A stretch of DNA of 64,000 bases from a virus: positions 12,203 to 76,202 of IMG/VR virus record IMGVR_UViG_3300044731_000789. The stretch is one strand, 5' to 3'. Of this stretch, positions 41,163 through 53,105 are shown piece after piece (the stretch's first letter is position 1; every line of letters starts with the position of its first letter). Position numbers and translations under genes: made by a program. The notes below the pieces were generated by a model, which was given only the letters and a program-made list of their open reading frames with translations, had not been told where the DNA came from and made no database searches.

Positions 41163-42231
41163 TTGCTAACATGAATATTGGAACAAGAATGTTGTTGTAT
41201 GTTGGTACAAATGATACCAGAATAAATGAGTACAATCTTTTGGAATTATCACCATCAAAAAAATATTTTAAATATACAATTGCTGGCATTTCACAACAGA
41301 CCCCACTATGGGGAAAAATATCTGATTACACATTTGTAGAAAAACTGGTTGACAAATCATAGAAATATGGTATCATAAACCAACTTTCAACAAGTGGAAC
41401 GAATATGACACCAAAAGAATTTTATACTATTATGAATGGGGAGTTTACTCCCATAGATGAAAAATATTTGGTAAAATTTAAAGATACCCAATATTATTTG
41501 AACGATAAATTAGCCAAATCTCGTAAAATATCTGATGAAACTTTGAAACAAATTGTTCATTGGCATAAAGCAAAATTGGCAATATTTGAACAAATGAGGG
41601 GCACAGATGATTCAGATGAACTGAAAAGATGTGCCAAATTGGTGCAAGAGTGTGAATATAATTTACAACAGTTATGGGGATTTCCATTGGATTCAAATTA
41701 TCACCATTTTTGGGAAGTTCCTGGCTGTAAATGTCCCAAATTAGATAATATTGAAAGATTGGGAAGTCCATATAAAGTAATTGTTTCAGATTGTCCAATA
41801 CATGGAGAATAATATGAAACAAAGTTTAGCAGATTCCATTTTATATTTTCCAGAAAAAGTATTTTCTGCCTGTGGCAGCAAGGTATATTTCCATGTTGAT
41901 GGACCAGATGTTGTTGGACTTGTAGAAGTAATTTTACCAGATAAAACTCCATTTCATTTAAATATGGTATGGGATAGATATTCTGGGTTACCAAGAAATT
42001 TGACCAAATATCCAACATACTATTATTATAGACTTGTTGTAAAGGATTAAAAATGAGCATTTCATATTATTGGGTACAAACGTTATTATTAAATGAGCCA
42101 CCAGAAATAGTTCAGTGTCAAGAACGAAATGGTGAAGTATATTATTATTTTTTTGGTATGGATTGTCCACAAAACGAATATTGGTTCAACAAATATTATA
42201 CAATTATTGATCAGATATTTTTGGAGAAATC

Positions 42232-42768
42232 ATGAAATTTAAATTTGGCCCATATTGCACATGGTTTGGTGTATACCAATTTGCAGAAATGTTTCGCCCA
42301 ATTATAACAGAAGAACAATCTGATAAATTGGGCGAATATTTGTCTGACACATGGTTTGATAAATTCCTAACATGGATTCATTCAAAAAAGAAACAAAAAG
42401 TTGTAGTAAAAATAGATAAATGGGATTTGTGGAGTATGGATTACATGTTAGCACAAATAATTTATCCATTGATGGTGCAATTAAAGGCTAGAAAACAGGG
42501 TGTGTCATATGTTGATGACAATGATGTTCCAGAACATTTACGAGCTGGGGTAAGTAAGTTAGAAGAAACTTTTTCGGTTACCGAAAAGAAATGGGAATAT
42601 GTTATGGATGAAATCATTTGGGCATTTGAACGATTGTCCAAAGATGATATAGATGACTTGTCATACATAGATGGGAAATATGACCCAAAGTTATCAATAG
42701 AATTGAATGATAGGGTAAGGGGTGGCACCACTCTTTTTGGTCGTTATCTGACCTCGATGTGGGATTGA
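42232..42768 (+). CDS. Conserved T4-like hypothetical protein
   Basis: KID.WD.WSMD..LA.II.P...VD..DVPE.LR...W.YVMDE.IWAF...LFG.Y...WD. Confidence 0.6.
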   Translation: MKFKFGPYCTWFGVYQFAEMFRPIITEEQSDKLGEYLSDTWFDKFLTWIHSKKKQKVVVKIDKWDLWSMDYMLAQIIYPLMVQLKARKQGVSYVDDNDVPEHLRAGVSKLEETFSVTEKKWEYVMDEIIWAFERLSKDDIDDLSYIDGKYDPKLSIELNDRVRGGTTLFGRYLTSMWD

Positions 42769-43010
42769 TATGAATGATTTAATGTGGTTACCAATTATTT
42801 CTCTGGCTGGTATAGCAATTTCCACTACAATGGAAATAAAAGATAGGATGATATGGGTGATAATCAATCTTATCACATGTTTAGTTTTGGTATATGGGGA
42901 CAAAGTATGTTAGGTTGGTTTTGTTTGTTTACGGGTTTAATTTTTCACCTACCAGTACTCTGGTGGATTATTGGGTTTATAATTTTATTGGAAAGTGATG
43001 AGGAAATGTT

Positions 43011-43661
43011 ATGAAAAAAATTGTATATTTATTTTTACTGGTTGGTTTAATTGGGTGCCAATCTGAAGAAGAAAAGATCAAAGAAAAACAAATTTTTGTT
43101 TGCAAAGAACAAATCCAATCTGGGCAGGAACCTACCCCATTTTGTTTAAATTTGTTGCCTGAATATCGAAAAGTTGTTTCACAGAATGTTCCACAGAATG
43201 GATTACAACAATCTGGCGAATATGTTCCAGAAGTGGCACAACAGCCTTATGTGGAACAAATTGCGCCCAATGGTGGGCAACCTGTGCAACAGGTAGTACA
43301 ACAGCCCCAATATGTACCAGTGCCTGTACAATCGGCTCCAGTTGTCCAGAATGGGTCAAGTACTGCAGACACTATTAGAGACATGGCCATCGGTGGAATG
43401 ATTGGTTCATCTATTAGCAATAATAGTAACAACAATCGATCAAATTATAATGATTCATATCGGGATACATATAGGCAACCAACATACAGACAAAATATTA
43501 CAAAAAATGTAACCATTGTTAATAAACCTGTAGCACCAGTTGCTCCAATTGTTCCAAAGAAAAATTATATGGATACATCCAAATTAAGCAGTTATGGGGC
43601 AAGACCTTCGCCAAGACCTTTTACAAGAAGTGGTGGAACAAGTGCCCGATTAAGACGGTAA
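43011..43661 (+). CDS. Lipoprotein with a low-complexity tail
   Basis: Signal peptide with LIGC lipobox; Q/P/N-rich. Confidence 0.65.
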   Translation: MKKIVYLFLLVGLIGCQSEEEKIKEKQIFVCKEQIQSGQEPTPFCLNLLPEYRKVVSQNVPQNGLQQSGEYVPEVAQQPYVEQIAPNGGQPVQQVVQQPQYVPVPVQSAPVVQNGSSTADTIRDMAIGGMIGSSISNNSNNNRSNYNDSYRDTYRQPTYRQNITKNVTIVNKPVAPVAPIVPKKNYMDTSKLSSYGARPSPRPFTRSGGTSARLRR

Positions 43662-43678
43662 AAATTTTGCGCTCTCTG

Positions 43679-43703
43679 TGCCCCTTAATTGGGGCATTTT
43701 TTT
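43679..43703 (+). terminator. Intrinsic terminator
   Basis: TGCCCC-TTAATT-GGGGCA followed by a T run. Confidence 0.85.
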
Positions 43704-43776
43704 GTTTAAAATTTGTTGACATTCGATTGGATACATGTATAATGTGCCCATACTTTAAACAAACCGGAGAAATAAA

Positions 43777-44742
43777 ATGGCAGCAAATTTAGATATGAGC
43801 AACAACCGTGTAAATTTTGCTTACACTGGTGATACAACAAAAATTTGGCACGGTATGGGCAATGTAATTGCAGAAGATGCCCCATTGGATGAATGGAGAG
43901 TTGCAGCAGGGTTGGATTGGTTTGCAAAAGAATCACCAATTTTGTTTAATAATGGTGATGATATGCCAACAGTGTTTCCAGATAAAAAAGCATTGTTCCG
44001 TAGCGATACAAATGCTCCATTATCTATCATGAGCAATGATTATCGCATTGTTCAACCAAAAGAAGTTTTAGATTTTTTTCATGATTTGTTGGAAAATCAT
44101 GATATGAAAATGTCAACAGCAGGTTCCCTATTCGGTGGCAAAAGATTTTTCGCCACTGCAAAATTGGGTGAAGATTTTGAAGTCATTTCTGGCGACAAAA
44201 TTTCAGGATTTTTGCTACTTACAACAAGCTTGGATGGAACTTTGGCAACAACCGCAAAGGCTACTAGTATTCGAACAGTTTGTTCTAACACCTTGACTAT
44301 GGCGCTAAATGAATCATCCAAAAACATGGTCAAAGTTACCCATTCAACCGATTTTGATGCAAGCAAAGCCAAATTGGAACTCGGATTGATTTCAGATACA
44401 CAACACAAATTTATCGAAAATATGAGAACATTGGCAACAGCAAAAATTGAAACAAAAGATGTTCGCAAATTTTTCCAAGATCAATTTTACAAAAAAGATG
44501 TTGCAGTTGATGAACAACATGGCTCCATTGTAAATAAAGTAAATGATTTGATTACTTTGTACAATTTTGGTAAGGGTGCAGAATTTTCAAAAGGTACTTT
44601 GTATGGTGTGTTACAAGCTACTACAGATTACTTTGATCACAAAGTTAAACCGAGATCAGAATCAGCAGCATTTTGGAACAGTTTTTATACATCAGATAAA
44701 ATCAAATTGGATATCCAATCCAAATTGTTAGAAATGGCCTAA
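43777..44742 (+). CDS. DUF932-family phage/plasmid protein
   Basis: WHG.G...AGLDW...Y.IVQP...AGSL.GGK...S.DG...R.VC.NTL. Confidence 0.8.
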   Translation: MAANLDMSNNRVNFAYTGDTTKIWHGMGNVIAEDAPLDEWRVAAGLDWFAKESPILFNNGDDMPTVFPDKKALFRSDTNAPLSIMSNDYRIVQPKEVLDFFHDLLENHDMKMSTAGSLFGGKRFFATAKLGEDFEVISGDKISGFLLLTTSLDGTLATTAKATSIRTVCSNTLTMALNESSKNMVKVTHSTDFDASKAKLELGLISDTQHKFIENMRTLATAKIETKDVRKFFQDQFYKKDVAVDEQHGSIVNKVNDLITLYNFGKGAEFSKGTLYGVLQATTDYFDHKVKPRSESAAFWNSFYTSDKIKLDIQSKLLEMA

Positions 44743-46062
44743 TCCTTATATAAAATGTGCCAGGGACGGCAAATATTATATAAAATTTTGGAATAATATA
44801 TGATTGATAATCCATCTTCAACATGGTATATAAAACATATTGACATATTTAAGAAATATGTTAGAATAGGCACACATCAACCAAATCGGGAAACTAAAAT
44901 GGAAACTAAAACAGATTTTAATAGATATACCCAAGGGTTCAAATATTTTGGACCATTGGAGCAATGTAATGATGGTGAATATATGTTGGTAAAAGACCAT
45001 GAAAAGATTGTTTCGCAAATGATTCTATTGGATAAGCATAATGAACTTATTGGCCTAAAAACAGACCTTATTGAGTATTACAAAAAATCTCGTAGTGACT
45101 GGATGGATTTATATTACAGCACACAGAAAATGGCCAACTGGGTTCCGCCATTGTTAACATATTCAATATTTGGTACATTATTTGTAACATTAACAGTATT
45201 AAAATTATTGTATGACAAAATTTGAAAAACTAATATTAGTACTAATCATTGGGTTTATAATATCGATATCATTATTTTCCCATCAAGATATTTTGGAACA
45301 AATTGATATCATAAATTATGGGGAAGGGTATGACAGATATTAATAATATGATCAATGCAATCAGAGAATTTGAAAAACATGGGCTACCGGTTGATGACCC
45401 ACACAAAATTGCAGAAATTGCATTTAAAGAATCTTACAAATGTACTGATACATACCATGGATCACTAATGTATCTAATGGCTTTGGAACTAATGATGCAA
45501 TACGATGATGGGAAATAACTATGGACAATAATATAGGTAAAATAAAAATAACATATGAAGTAGATTTTAATTTAAATTATTTGTTGGATAGAAAACCTGT
45601 TGCAGAAGGGTTAAATGATTTAACCACTGCCGTAGAAAAAATTGTTAATGATTATAACACAAAATATAAAACAGAATCACCAGAGGCAACATTTTATATT
45701 TGTTCATGCGAATATTATACAGAGTCAACTATAATATTTACCAGATTTGAAACTGATTCTGAATACAATTTTCGGATCAATAGATCAGAATTTGAAGCAA
45801 CCAGACAAAAAGAATTGCGAAAAAAACAATACCTGGAATTAAAAAAAGAATTTGAGGCAGAATAATGGAACCAATACTAAAAAGATGGTTGGCAATAAAT
45901 CACCCACATTTGGAACTAGAAGAATATTTTTTCTTGACAGAAACCAAGATTAGTGTAAAATGTTCGTACTTGGACAATTCTGATACCAAACATGGGCACG
46001 GGTCGTGCAAGATTATTGATCAAACACTTTTAGTTAATATTTGGGACATTATGGAGTAAATT

Positions 46063-47148
46063 ATGACACCAATTCTACAAAATTATTATATCGATTATGA
46101 AAATGGAATTTTAAAAGATAATATCAAGATCAAACAAGAAACTGTTGCAGGTAAGGTATTCAATATTGTTTCATATATCTACAACAATAATGATACATTT
46201 AATGATCCATTATTATTAGAAAGTCGTGGTATAACATTTGATGAAGATGGCAAAATCGTGTCTCGACCATTCGAGAAATTTTTTAACCTTGATGGTTCCC
46301 AATGGACTCTTTCCAAAGATTTGGATTTCACTGATGCAGAATTTTATTTAAAAGTAGATGGTTCAATGATTACATTTGTTCCAATTGATGGGCAAATATA
46401 TGCAAAAACGAAAAAATCATTTTTTTCAGATGTTGCAATCTCTTGCCAGAATGATTTTGGGAATAATCCAGAGTTAATCAACTTGGTAACATCATATCCA
46501 ATGATAACATTTATTTTTGAATATACTACACGAAAATATCCGATTGTAATTGATTATGGCTCAAAACCACAGTTAACATTATTGGCAGCAAGATTTAATG
46601 GTGATGGTGAATATCTATATAGAGAACTATTGGGCCTTATGGCAACTTCCTGTTCATTAAACATTGTCAAAAAATATGACAATCTAACCATCTTTGATGC
46701 TATTAATGAAACCCATAATGAAGACAGTGATATCGAAGGGTTTGTGGCAGTATTGAAAACTGGGCAACGAGTTAAACTCAAATGCGACCCATATTTGGCA
46801 AAACATCGAGTATTGGATGAATTCAATGCAAAAAACTTGGCAACACTGATTGCAAAAGATTTACATGATGATTTGAAACCAGTTCTGTCTCCAGAACGCA
46901 AGAACATTCTTGAAAATTTGGAGAAAATAATTTTAAAAGAGCTTGAAATTTATTCACAAGTTGTTTACAATTTGGTTTCAGAATGGGAAGGAAAAAGTTT
47001 GCGGGAGATTGGCACCAATTATGGTAAACATCCACAATTTAATCCAGCAATCAACATTTTTAAACAATTGGGGGATAATGATGATATAATTGTTCAACAT
47101 TATCTTAAACACAGGGTTGAAAATTTTTCTACAAAACCTCTTTGGTAA
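46063..47148 (+). CDS. RNA ligase 1 (T4 Rnl1-like)
   Basis: ESRG, SRPFEKFFN, KVDGS, FE, EGFV and K.K motifs. Confidence 0.9.
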   Translation: MTPILQNYYIDYENGILKDNIKIKQETVAGKVFNIVSYIYNNNDTFNDPLLLESRGITFDEDGKIVSRPFEKFFNLDGSQWTLSKDLDFTDAEFYLKVDGSMITFVPIDGQIYAKTKKSFFSDVAISCQNDFGNNPELINLVTSYPMITFIFEYTTRKYPIVIDYGSKPQLTLLAARFNGDGEYLYRELLGLMATSCSLNIVKKYDNLTIFDAINETHNEDSDIEGFVAVLKTGQRVKLKCDPYLAKHRVLDEFNAKNLATLIAKDLHDDLKPVLSPERKNILENLEKIILKELEIYSQVVYNLVSEWEGKSLREIGTNYGKHPQFNPAINIFKQLGDNDDIIVQHYLKHRVENFSTKPLW

Positions 47149-47152
47149 AATT

Positions 47153-47917
47153 ATGATAATCATTGGATCGACAGCATTAAAACATTTTGGTTTAAACAGA
47201 CAAGAACCAAAAGATTTGGATATATTCATTTCAATTGGTGATAAAATTCCAGAAGAAAAATGTGATTATCATATTATTTCTAAAGATTTATATGCTATGT
47301 TTAAATATGTAGAATCCAATGGATTACATTATGTTATACCAGATCATATTTACACATTAAAATGTTCACATTTCGCCTGGAACCAACATTGGGAAAAAAC
47401 TTTACAAGATATTTTATGGTTAAACCATAAAGGGTGTAAAATTGTTCCCGAATTGTATACAAAATTAAAACAATTTTGGGAAACAGTTCATGGTAGCAAA
47501 GATTTTTTATGTTTGGATAAAACAAAGAAAGATTTCTTTACAGATGGTGTAAAATACAAATATGATCACGATTGGTTGCATGAATTGGTTGCATATCCAA
47601 ATCCACCAGTTTATACAAAATGTTTACGTCCTGGTGCAGATGTAATGATTAGTAAAAAATCATTTGACAAATTAACAAATGATGATAAAATACGCATGTT
47701 TCGGGAAGAAATAACTGTTATAGCAATTGAGCGATGGTTGGTTCAAGATGGTAACAAATTATCTTGGCTAAGAGCTTATCAATATGCATTGAAAAAAACT
47801 ATAACAAATTTAACCAAGAATTGGGCAAATGATTTTTTGATAATGAATTTAAAAGAATTTTGTAAGCCTGATTACCAGTATTTTAATCATGCATTGGCAA
47901 CATTGGAGTTAATATGA
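47153..47917 (+). CDS. Putative nucleotidyltransferase-like protein
   Basis: N-terminal IIGSTAL...KDLDIF (GS..DxD); YDHD.LHE. Confidence 0.55.
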   Translation: MIIIGSTALKHFGLNRQEPKDLDIFISIGDKIPEEKCDYHIISKDLYAMFKYVESNGLHYVIPDHIYTLKCSHFAWNQHWEKTLQDILWLNHKGCKIVPELYTKLKQFWETVHGSKDFLCLDKTKKDFFTDGVKYKYDHDWLHELVAYPNPPVYTKCLRPGADVMISKKSFDKLTNDDKIRMFREEITVIAIERWLVQDGNKLSWLRAYQYALKKTITNLTKNWANDFLIMNLKEFCKPDYQYFNHALATLELI

Positions 47918-48885
47918 ATAAAATTGAAACAAAAGATCAATTATTTGATTTAATTTTTAAAACCATTGAGGAAAGACGATTGGTTTATGTATCTTTACAC
48001 AGTGTATTAGTAATGATTCTACAAGGGTATGGGCATAGATATTTTTCTGATTATGAATTAATAAGCTCGAATATACCAGATAATAATGGTAACTTTAAGA
48101 GTATATTTAGAATATCCGACACCTATTTTTCAGGACTCCTGGAAGATTGTTCATATGGAATTCAATCATGTTTAATAGAATCAATAAAAGTAGTAACCAC
48201 TGTAACAAAAAACGTAACAACATACGAATAACAATTGGAGAAAATTATGAGTGATATTTTAACAACTTTGAAACAATTTCTGGATGAAGATTCTAATATT
48301 GAGGGGCTGGTATATGATATGTCTACAGGATATATTGCCAACACATATGGTCCAGATTATGTAACCAAAGAAGTTGCAGAAAAAGTGTTGCAACATGAAT
48401 ACCAATGGATTGAAGGGGAATTGGGTGGAGAAGGTTCTGGCGAATATTGTTATGGAGTTTTCAAATTTGATGGAAAATTTTATAAAACAGAATGGTCATA
48501 TTATTCATATGAAGGATGCAATTGGGATGATATTGAACACACATTGAAAGAAGTTAAACCAGTTGAAAAATTGGTTACTGTTTACGAGTAGGTGTAATAT
48601 ATGATATTTTCAGAAGATTTTAAACCAAATGCTATTTGTATAAATTAGGAATAATAATGTATCCACTAGATTTGTTAGAAAGATTGGATCAATATTGTGA
48701 AGATGGTGCAACTATTACAATGTTCAAACAATATGATGTCACAACATGGATTGTAGATTTAACTAAAACTCAACCAGATATTGTGTTAATAAAACATATA
48801 TCTGGTGCACCTCGTTGGAGCCTTTTAGGATTACATGATCGTGAAGTACATTTGGTTAAAAACAAATTGATGGAGTATTTTTGAC

Positions 48886-49197
48886 TTATATTGTCAAATT
48901 TCCTAATAATTTTAACTCATCCAAAGTGGCATTAGATTTCATTCTATTTGCTTTCCAAGAAATGACCCAAATATTGTCGGCAATATAGCCGCGATTTGGG
49001 TCAATCCTATCTACAGAAAAACTGTTATCCATTGCCTTGCCCCTATTATATACCAATGGTATAGAAAAAATGGGGCACGTAAGAGGCAACTCTAAATGTA
49101 TAATATCTGATAAAGTTAATTGAAAATCTATGTCCCGTTTACGGGCAGATTGTTTCAATCGATTGTATATAATTTTTGGATCAGGTAAATATTGCAT
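48886..49197 (-). CDS. Small HNH-type endonuclease
   Basis: CPIF...SVDRIDP.RGY..DNI.VIS..AN.MK; on the opposite strand to its neighbours. Confidence 0.75.
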   Translation of the reverse strand: MQYLPDPKIIYNRLKQSARKRDIDFQLTLSDIIHLELPLTCPIFSIPLVYNRGKAMDNSFSVDRIDPNRGYIADNIWVISWKANRMKSNATLDELKLLGNLTI

Positions 49198-50595
49198 AAA
49201 GTTGTTGACATGTTTGGTTAATTCTGTATAATACTTATCAACAAATCGGGAGACAAAAAATGAGTCAAGATACCCAAAATATTACTGCAGAAGTAATCAT
49301 TTCTAGGACATCGAATGACATAATTCGAATGACTATAAAGGATGATGCATCAAGGGAACAATTTGTTGAAGTTAACTTCACATATGAACAATTTGCAAAA
49401 TGTATAACCAATCTTCATCAAACAGATATTCCATGTATCGTTAAAGGATTGGACAAAGTTGGCAAGAAAAAAAGTGTTGAATCCAGACATGTAATATATC
49501 CTGGGTCATTTTATGACACAAAAGAAAAAATGTCCCAATGGTTGCTTGACAATTGTCAAGAAGAGGGTTATTATATTAGCACATATCTTGGATCAAAGGG
49601 TAGTGTAACTACACAAGAAGATCAAACATGGCTTAATTATACGGTAAACAAATATGAATAAAATTATTGAAAAATCGATTGCAGAAAATATTCAAAGTAT
49701 TGGACCATGTTGGGATTTAGAATCATTTACTAATGATTTGTATGACAATGAATACTTCGATAGTTGTAGTGCCGCATATAGTTTATTTTCTGCAAGGATT
49801 CAACAACTTCCACTTAATACATGGATGTGTACAGACACAATGGTTGGATTGTATGCATACTTTTTTGATGGTGAATTTGTTGCAATATCTTGGCAACCAT
49901 ATAGAAAAAGCCAAACTTCTATATTTTGGGAAACCCCAGAACATGCACACAAAGTTAAACAATTTATTGACACTCTTCGTCATATAAAGGACTATAATAC
50001 ACCACCAATGTTGATATCAAATATTGAGGATGATGTTGACGCATGTTTAACTCGATTATTAAATTGGAAAAATTAGGGGACAAATCATGGTAAAATATCA
50101 AAAACGTAAACAAAATGAAAATTGGATGACAGTTCAACAATCTCAAAACCATTCTTCAACCATCATTTCCAGTGTACTGGACAGTTTGGAGCGATCTTAT
50201 AGAGATTGTCAAGTTCGTGCAATTGATGATAAAAACAACCTATTGGAACAAAGATAATGCAAATACCTTTACAGTTATTTCATGATGACATGCAAAAGGC
50301 ATTAAGGGGTTTCGAAGAACAATGGAAAGATAAAAACAAGTCTGATCCAGAATCCTATCCAATGGATTTGGATGATTCATTGTGGGACGAAATGTTTTTA
50401 ATTTATTATACAACTGGGCAAATATGAAAAAGTCATATTATGTAATTACAGCATTTATTATTTGGTTATGTGTATTAGTATTATCAGTATATAAAATTGC
50501 GGAAAAATTTCCGCAATTAGATAATAATTTCTTGTTTGGATTTATATATGGATATGTGGTAACAAAAGTATTCTTTTATACCTTGGATAAAATAT

Positions 50596-51051
50596 ATGAA
50601 TAAAATTTCTGTTTGGCTAGACCTTGAAGAAACATTAATAAAAAGTTGGCATGACCATATGCTTATTAACGATTTCTTCAAGGTCAAAAAATATGTAGAA
50701 TCCTTGCAAGCAAATAAGGTAAACATTTTTTCATATGCAATATGGACAAATGAAGACAAATATGAATTTGAAAATGATTTAAAACCATGGTTAGAAGATC
50801 ATTTGGGATTTTTTATTGAAAAAAATCCAAGTGTTGCAGATATGGTTAATGCAACAAAACAATTTCAAGGAATTATTTACTTAGATCACATTGATTTTAT
50901 CAATTTGGTTCCAAAATGGTTGGGGTTTTATTATTATATTTCAAACTTGCAATCCAACAATACAACATATTATTTAATTGATGATTGTGTGCCAAATATG
51001 GTAATTAATTCCAACAATACTATTCAATTTGTTAATGTAAAAGACTTATAA
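50596..51051 (+). CDS. HAD-like protein
   Basis: WLDLEETL (DxDxT-like) and LIDD. Confidence 0.45.
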   Translation: MNKISVWLDLEETLIKSWHDHMLINDFFKVKKYVESLQANKVNIFSYAIWTNEDKYEFENDLKPWLEDHLGFFIEKNPSVADMVNATKQFQGIIYLDHIDFINLVPKWLGFYYYISNLQSNNTTYYLIDDCVPNMVINSNNTIQFVNVKDL

Positions 51052-51103
51052 ATTTTGCCACATATGATATAAATAGTTATTTTAATAATAACTGGATATC
51101 ATT

Positions 51104-51382
51104 ATGTGGCAAAATATTTTAAATTCCGTAAAAACATTCATTTCAGCATTCTTTAAATCAGCATGGCAAAAAGAATTAAACATTTTGATGCCAATTGCGT
51201 TAGAAGTTGTTACATATGTGGAACATAACTATTCAGAGTTATTTGATCCTAGTAAACGCGATGCAGCATTTAAAATTATATTATCTAAACTTGATGATGC
51301 ACATAGAGAAATACCAAAATCTCTAATTAATTTAGCAATCGAATTGGCATGTCAGGAAATGATTGCATTGTCTCGCAATTAA
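51104..51382 (+). CDS. Late gene, possibly lysis-related
   Basis: TATAAATA at about 51068 upstream. Confidence 0.45.
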   Translation: MWQNILNSVKTFISAFFKSAWQKELNILMPIALEVVTYVEHNYSELFDPSKRDAAFKIILSKLDDAHREIPKSLINLAIELACQEMIALSRN

Positions 51383-51383
51383 A

Positions 51384-52070
51384 TCATTCTACCTTTGTAC
51401 ATATCCACCCCTTATGGTTTTCCATGGTCCCTTTGTTTACATGTAACATACACCCGTAGGATAATCCATAAGTCTTACAAAATTTAGATAAATTTCTTTG
51501 GAAAATAACTTCACCCTCTGGTGAAGTTATTTTCCAATTGTTTGAATTTATATCTGATGCCCTAGTTATAACACCCAGATACCAACCGTCCCCAGGACAT
51601 TCCTTTTGAAATTTGCATATTGATCCATCTGTCCACCATTTACTATTTCTATTGTGTGATCTATTTCCCTTAGCTATTTCTGATTGTTTTCGTCTTGCTT
51701 CCATGGTATGCTTTTTTCCATACATGCTATTATTAACTCCAAACCTATTAATATCCCTATATACAAATACTTTATCAATATTAGTAACTGCTTGGTTCAA
51801 CAATAACTTATTGGACCATTTTGACTGGATAAATTCTTGTTCAAATTTAAATGCGTCATATGCATCAAAAAATATTGCAACTATGTGCCAATCAAATTCA
51901 TCGAATATTGGCTTTACCACTTTAGAGCTGGTTCTATATTTAACCAAATCTTGTTCTGGTGGAAGTTTGAGTTTCTTGGTTGTTCTGGAACCAATATAAA
52001 ATTGACCAGTTACGCGATGTATTCCCATATAAACATATGGTAATACTTTTGTTGATGTATAAATAGTCAT
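51384..52070 (-). mobile_element. Free-standing GIY-YIG homing endonuclease (copy B, N-terminus paralogous to 27639-28529)
   Basis: MTIY.STKVLPYVYMGIHR.TGQFYIGSRT...KLPPEQDL.KYRTSSK.VKPIFDEFDWHIVA shared with copy A. Confidence 0.88.
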
Positions 52071-52126
52071 GCTGATTCTCCCGATTAGAATTAGAATGTA
52101 TGGGAACGACCAATTCCGCGATACAT
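52071..52126 (+). ncRNA. Two-hairpin RNA antisense to the endonuclease leader (copy B)
   Basis: TATAAATA at 52058-52065, then CTGATTCT/AGAATTAG and ATGTAT-G-GGAA..TTCC-GCG-ATACAT. Confidence 0.6.
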
Positions 52127-52164
52127 AACTATTTATTAATTAATATATGTGGGGGGTGAATAAT

Positions 52165-52527
52165 ATGGGCAAAATTGCTGCCCTATTGGGCGTTTTAAAA
52201 TCTGGAACAGAGATTGCAGACAAGGCTAGGGGCAAAGCAGGTGCCCTAACTGTTAACTATATCGTTGTATTCATTTCTGCATGTATTGCACTATTGAATA
52301 CATTTTCTTGCTCATGGTGTTCATTCAATTTATCAAATGAACAACTTATCACAATTTCTTCATCCATTATGGCAATCATTGGTTTGTTCAATAATGTTGC
52401 CACTGCAGCAACTTCTTCTAGTGCATCAATTAATCCTGTTACCAGTGTTAAAATTTTGATGAACAAAGAAGTTAAACCAATTGATCCAGAATTGGCCAAA
52501 CAAATCAGGGAATCAAATGAAAAATAA
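52165..52527 (+). CDS. Holin-like membrane protein
   Basis: Two hydrophobic segments and a charged C-terminus; precedes a lipoprotein. Confidence 0.45.
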   Translation: MGKIAALLGVLKSGTEIADKARGKAGALTVNYIVVFISACIALLNTFSCSWCSFNLSNEQLITISSSIMAIIGLFNNVATAATSSSASINPVTSVKILMNKEVKPIDPELAKQIRESNEK

Positions 52528-52747
52528 ATTTTTAATGCTTATTCCTATTTTGTTAACAGGATGTGCAGGAACCTGCCAAGAATTGGGCAAAATGGCGTAT
52601 ATTCCGCCCACTGTGCCCAACCAGATGGCAATCATGGTAGATAGTACTGGTATACAAGCAGACGAGCCAGGAGCGCAATTTTTGGGCGATTATGTAAAAG
52701 CCAGGAACCAATTGAAAGCGATTTCACTGGAATGTAGTAAAAAATAA
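52517..52747 (+). CDS. Small lipoprotein, possibly an o-spanin
   Basis: MKNKFLMLIPILLTGC lipobox; Pro-containing N-region. Confidence 0.55.
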   Translation: MKNKFLMLIPILLTGCAGTCQELGKMAYIPPTVPNQMAIMVDSTGIQADEPGAQFLGDYVKARNQLKAISLECSKK

Positions 52748-52763
52748 ATTTGACAACAAAATT

Positions 52764-52808
52764 AAACCCCTGTAGAATTTGTTTCATACTTTCTACAGGG
52801 GTTTTTTT
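52764..52808 (+). terminator. Intrinsic terminator
   Basis: AAACCCCTGTAGAA...TTCTACAGGGGTTTTTTT. Confidence 0.85.
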
Positions 52809-52890
52809 ATGCAAGACATTTCATATAAATGGCAGATAAATAGGAAACATTGATACATTCAACAAATGTAAAAATTTTGTAAAATAATGC

Positions 52891-53086
52891 TTGACAGATT
52901 TTTAAAAGTGTGGTACAATACCATTGTTGGTGCCGGATTGGTAACATATTGGTTATACAATATGTATACATATGGAACCAATTGGTTAGGTTAACCTAAC
53001 AAGTAGGGTTCAGAATTTTGGTTCAAATAGATAAACCAAATAGAACCATACATGCGTAGCATATCCCCGTAGGGGATGTTTGTTAA
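52891..53086 (+). repeat. Copy 2 of the duplicated non-coding unit
   Basis: TTGACA-17-TACAAT; about 90 nt match copy 1 with one mismatch; same 3' hairpin. Confidence 0.9.
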
Positions 53087-53105
53087 AATTGATTATGAGA
53101 AAATT

